DNA of 58,402 nucleotides, counting the filler, from Sluysia triapertura (taxonomy: Eukaryota): assembly GCA_046118255.1 (NCBI GenBank). It is 4 parts of 4 records of this genome, joined end to end, with 100 filler letters (N's around TTAATTAATTAA, not from the genome) between each part and the next. Parts side by side here need not be neighbours in the genome. Positions count along the whole stretch, not along the records: positions 47,426 to 58,402 come from JBJNIA010190630.1; 3 more parts are not named here. One strand, 5' to 3'. Each line of letters opens with the position of its first letter. The first letter of the stretch is position 1. Of this stretch, positions 53,235-58,402 are shown piece by piece. The notes under the pieces were generated by a model. It was not told where the DNA came from. It worked only from the letters and a program-made list of their open reading frames with translations, and did no database searches. The position numbers and the translations under genes are program-made.

Positions 53235-53280
53235 ATAACTTAAGTAAATATAAATTAACGCTCTTTCTTTTACTCGTAAC
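53235..53280 (-). CDS. Probable upstream 46-nt exon of the USP20/33 gene
   Basis: TTTACAG|...|GTAAGT. Reads LRVKERALIYIYLSY (cf. USP33 AQKERRRISNLLNIM just before the DUSP) and ends in phase 0, compatible with the 49007 acceptor. Confidence 0.55.
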
Positions 53281-54183
53281 CTGTAAAAGTCAAGTTAAAG
53301 TGTTAAATGATTGACAAATTATTATTATTGATTGACTCAATAGTATTAGCAATATTTTATTCCATCTTCATTTGTCTATCTTTGTAACATTAAATGCGAT
53401 AACTATAGTTTCGCATATAGTTAGCATGTTTCTTCTCTATTTTTCAAATACATATTGTCAACCAATTTTATGAATTGAATTATTTTGATAATTGTTTCTG
53501 CCAATGATTTCAAATTCGGTAAAATTTTGTATGTACCTGGTATTTATGAAACAAATTTTCATCACAAAGACACCATAATGTATGACTTATTTAACAAATC
53601 ATATCGTATTTAAAATAAATAAACAATGTATGAAATTACAATAAAATGTTTCAAATTTAAAAAGGGTTTTGATAATTATAAATCAAACTATCATTCATTA
53701 CAAGTTTTTTCACTATGCAAATTGTAAGCATAACCAAAAGCCAACATAGTTTTATATTTCAAATTTATTGAAATTCTGTTATGATAGAAATGTATAATTA
53801 AAGAAATCATTTTAAAATCATAAACTTTGTTCAAAATTTAACTATTTTATGGATGGTTTTATATTTCAAATATTTTAATAGTTTTATATTTCAAATATAA
53901 ATTTTCAACAATTAAAACACATTAATAATTTATAACCTTGACAATTCAAAGGAAAAACGATTATTAAAATCACATTTGTTAACATACTTTGGATTCTATT
54001 AATGATGAGATACAGTCATGATAACATCAACCTCACTAAAAATATTCTTAAAGTATTCTTAAAACATTCTTAGAGTTTCATTATGTAAGATCTCGAGTAA
54101 ATCCAAGTTTCCCTCCGATTGTGTTCGTGGGTTTTCTTGCGTTGTTCGTATTTTATTTTGTATTTTGCAGCAACAATATGATA

Positions 54184-54196
54184 CACTGTGCCGCCA
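54184..54196 (-). mobile_element. Possible LTR-retrotransposon primer-binding site
   Basis: Minus strand AAAAG-TGGCGGCACAGTG followed by a GC-richer leader; loosely resembles tRNA-Leu-type TGGTGGCAGCGGTG. Confidence 0.25.
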
Positions 54197-57100
54197 CTTT
54201 TAGATATCATTTAATATCATTTTAATATTAAATTTAAAACACGTGCCAGGTAACTTTAGTACCTTTTAATACTAGTCGTAGGGTTTAAGAATAATCTCCA
54301 GCACGAAATTAATAAACTTTTCAATCGATTTTATAATTTGAATAAAACGCCTTACAACTAAAATTATTATTATAGAATAAACAAAAGTTTAATTAAATTG
54401 ATTCAATTTATAAATAGAATTAATCTATTTCCATTTATAAAATAAAGAGTCTTTAATAATATTCAATTAATTTTGAAATAATCAATTTAAAAATCCACTA
54501 TAAAATGAATTAAATTTAACAACAAAAAGGTCGTAACCTCTAAATACACAAATCATTTTAACACATAAATCGAAACAGTTTTTCTCATTTTCACATGCGA
54601 TGATTTATTCTAAGAACAATCTACACGGCAATGAACATATTAAGCCAGGACCAAATTTATTGACAAAAAATCTTTGAAAACTTTGGTGATTTACTAGAAA
54701 TCAATAAACACAAATCAGCATCCTGAAGATTTAATTTTTACAAATCCCGTGCAATTCGCAAGTTTTATTTAATAGGATTTTGTCTTACCTTAAGTAAGGT
54801 GTAAAAATTTTTGAAAAACATTTAACTTTTGAAGCTAGACTTAAGCTATTTATAAAACCTGAATAAATGTGAAGTATTTGATTTATTAAGAGCACTTCTT
54901 AATAAAATAACTTAATTTGTTACTTCATTTAGTAGTTATTTCTTTTATTATTTACAGAGTATTGTACTTCATATAATCTATTATAAAATATTTAATTTTG
55001 GTGTATTTTTTTGAATAAGCCTGTTTTGCGTCATTTATTTGTATATAAGTGTGATCTTTAAAAAACGAACAAGGACTATATTGATAAGACTCTTGTTAGT
55101 GAAAATTCAAAGATATAACTTATAGATACATCCTTCACTTGAAAATAAATCATTGTCTATAGGTGACCCTCTTTTTAACACATTGAGACGTTATGTGATG
55201 CAAAGTATATAGCCTGAATTTCTTCATATTTATGTTGAAATTATATAAATTAAAAGTGATAATTTCTAAAACACAGTGTAACATTTATTAAGTAGAATAT
55301 ATTATTAAAATTTATGAGAACCTTAATGTATTCTAAAATAAGCTTTTATGCTATAAATTTTTGCTTTTAAATAAGGTTGAATATTCATCAAGTAAAAGTG
55401 AATGAAAAATATTTATTTACGAAAATATTTTACCGAGAAAGTTAAACAAATTGACATAGCCGAAATAGAACCGCCATTACTTCCCAAGATTTCATTTTTA
55501 CACCATTTGAGTTTAATTTATCCCGTTCCGAACATAGTTTTAACGGATTTAAACGTTTTTAAATTATACCAGCACATAAAGAACAATCGACTACATTGAA
55601 ATAGGATATAACTGAATCCTAAACAGCTTGCAACGGACATCAGAATATTTTCTAAGATTAAAGCAGGACTAAAAAACTAAATTATAAACTATTCAGATTT
55701 TTGCCTTTTACAATTATGCACTATGACTGGTGGTGGTAAATTTTTTTATAAAACTTATTTCATTTTAGAAAATTAAAATTATTTGAATTTTGTACATCGT
55801 CATTAACCCCCTCATTTTCACTTCTACCCTGATGAGGGTAATTAACCTCTTTTTCGACCACAGAAATAGATGAATAATTTGCTTATTAGATTTGAATTTT
55901 TTTACTAAAATTTCATGAAACGTATGTAGTATCCATATTTTCCAAAATGTCTTTAACATTTTAAAACCGTTTGAGTACTATCAGCTCCTTATAACTATTG
56001 ACGCGCGTAAATCGATATAACTCCTACTTTTACTTCCGCCATTTTTGTTTTGAGTAATATTAAAACGGTTAAAGGTATCATTATTAATATTACTATTTGA
56101 AGATCAAAATTACATTGTTTATTTTCATTTATTAAAAATAAAATTATTTATTAGAACTATACGTCGATGACTGATACATCAATTATTAATTATAACTAAC
56201 CCCTATTTCTTTAAGTAGTTTATCAGCTGTTTCGCGTATAGATAACATATGATCATCTCGTTTCCTAAATAATAAAACAAAAGTTAATTTATCAAATAAT
56301 ACTGAGTAAATATATCAATTAGATAAAAGTACGTAGCTAAAACTTGGCGTGCACAAACTTTTTAAGTTGCGCCCCAATTTCAACGTATTTATTTTTGGCG
56401 TCCCCAACTTAATAAAAAATCATATTGCCACTATAAAAAAACTTCATAAATAAAATAAACACCTTTTTAATAATAAAATGTATTTTTCTGTTTCTTATAA
56501 ATTAAATATTAGGAAAACAGTTCTAATTCTTTAGCAAAAATAAAGAAACATTATATCAAAAATGCAATATTATGTCTGTTCATATTTCACTTCTGCGAAA
56601 TATTAATATTTTTTCGACACATCGCTGTTACTTAATAGCTGCTATTTCGCGATTGTGATAGCAGTCTGCTATTGCTATTTTTAATTAACATCTTAAAATA
56701 ATAGAATACCAAATAGCGTATCATCTCTAGTGCACATGTATAATTGCTTTATGAATTTGTAAATATATTGCTTTGAAATTTTATTCTTGATGATTGTTCT
56801 ACATGTAGAACGTAAATTATGGAAATAGATGATGGAATTACTTGAATTGGTAAAAAACAAAAAACTTTGCTTTTAAAATCAAACAATTTTCGCCCCTAGT
56901 TTGCGCACCTTTGGTATAAATTACAATTAAGTAGTACTCAGAGAAAAAATAATGCGAATAATGATTAACTATGATTAAGATGGAGAAATTTGGCTATATA
57001 ATCATGTAAATCCAAACACTTGTAAATTGTTATATAAATAGTGAAATTATAACATTGATTGAAATTGAATGTAATACATCATTAATTTTGAATAACAATG

Positions 57101-58332
57101 GGTTTTATTGTTATAAAAGTAGTAAAATAACATTTCAAAAATATAAAGATACTTTAACAATTCTATTAATAATTATACTTGGAACGGTTTATGTTATTCA
57201 GTAATTTAATTTCGCATAAACATAATTAGTGTAAAAAGTAAGCGAATTATTCGAATGAAGCAAATTTATGAAACAAAATTTTATGAATCGAAAAATTCTA
57301 AACGTATTTTGAGTGCAGTCTCGTTTTTAAATTTATATATATAATTTTGTTTTGATAATGTTATTTACGATGAAACTTCATTTCATGGTTTAAGGTGCAC
57401 TTCTACCTCTATCAAACCAGATTGTATTTTAAAAGACATCAAGTATAAAAATTATAATTTGAGTAAAATATGACATTTCTATACAGTTTTTAAAACAGAA
57501 AAAAGAAAAGAAATACTAAATAAGAAGTTATTATTTGATTACAATACCATTTTTTAGATATCTTAAATTTCAATTCCAATTAGGAATTTATATTTTCAAC
57601 AAATTCTTCAAATCCAATCTTAATAATTTATATCATAAATGATAAATCATTTTAATGGTGTTCTCGCAATATTAATTAATTTTCTTTTCTATTATTGGTT
57701 TGGCTAAATTATTATTCATTTATACTTTGATTTACAATCATTTGGTGGTTGTGATGGTTTGTATTAATTTCTATTTTAATAAAATTATAGTCTGATTCGT
57801 AGCAAGTTTCAGTTTGTCTCAAATTTTTTAAGTTTTAAGATGTTCCTTTTAAAGGTACCGAATTGTTAATGTTAAGTTTTTATTTTATTAAAATTTTTAT
57901 TTTAAAACTTTTTCTCACAAAATTGATAACCAAGCATTTCTTTATTTTTATATTTCATAAGATGATTTGGATTATTTTTGATACTCTAATAAAAATTCGT
58001 ATTTTAATAATTTCAAGCTTGTTTTGATAAAAATATTAAATGACATTATTTTAAAACAATTATTTGTAATGTTTTTGCGAATTTTAATTATATACTTATC
58101 ACATAGCATATAAACCGATAAAATGATTAGTTTATATGTATTGCATTACTTGGACCAAAGCAAAAATATTGACTTACTTTGAAATGAGTCAAAGTCACGT
58201 TAGTAAAAAGAATTTCTTAAATATGAATTCAAATAATATTTAAGTACTTATTTATTTCAATTATTATTATGTTTAATACTTTATATTAATACTTAATATT
58301 TGTCGCTTTTTAAATATGGATTTCATATTACA

Positions 58333-58336
<4 letters not shown>

Positions 58337-58402
<66 letters not shown>
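58337..58402. repeat. (AAT)n microsatellite at window end
   Basis: Perfect AAT run. Confidence 0.98.

Noticed and set aside
1-58402. (AAT)n at both window ends as telomeres
   Set aside because: The runs are on the same strand at both ends and recur internally and at gaps, consistent with assembly breaks at microsatellites.

Overview
Very AT-rich (by eye about 75-80% A+T) eukaryotic, most likely metazoan, genomic DNA. Four contigs are joined by artificial 100-bp spacers (N44-TTAATTAATTAA-N44) and several contig ends fall in (AAT)n microsatellites. Host genes are sparse: an intact intronless UAS+UBX (FAF1/FAF2-like) gene at 51736-52722 that appears to sit antisense inside an intron of a USP20/USP33-like deubiquitinase, the last exon of an HSD17B10-like dehydrogenase, and a FGFR1OP2/SIKE1-like pseudogene. 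Most of the rest is decayed mobile DNA: Maverick/Polinton relics (integrase, major and minor capsid), Helitron and possible Helentron fragments, hAT-Charlie, piggyBac and Tc1/pogo ends, tRNA-Ala-derived pseudogenes or SINE heads, and solo LTR-like repeats. The main unexplained signal is a family of about six divergent, disrupted copies of one ORF with a single ZFP36/TIS11-like CCCH zinc finger. All three perfect TGTGGTGGCCAAC motifs are followed by a copy, and one related terminus is preceded by a polypurine tract. This suggests a non-autonomous LTR-type element whose only cargo is a CCCH RNA-binding protein. All protein identifications come from manual translation and recalled family motifs; no database search was run.
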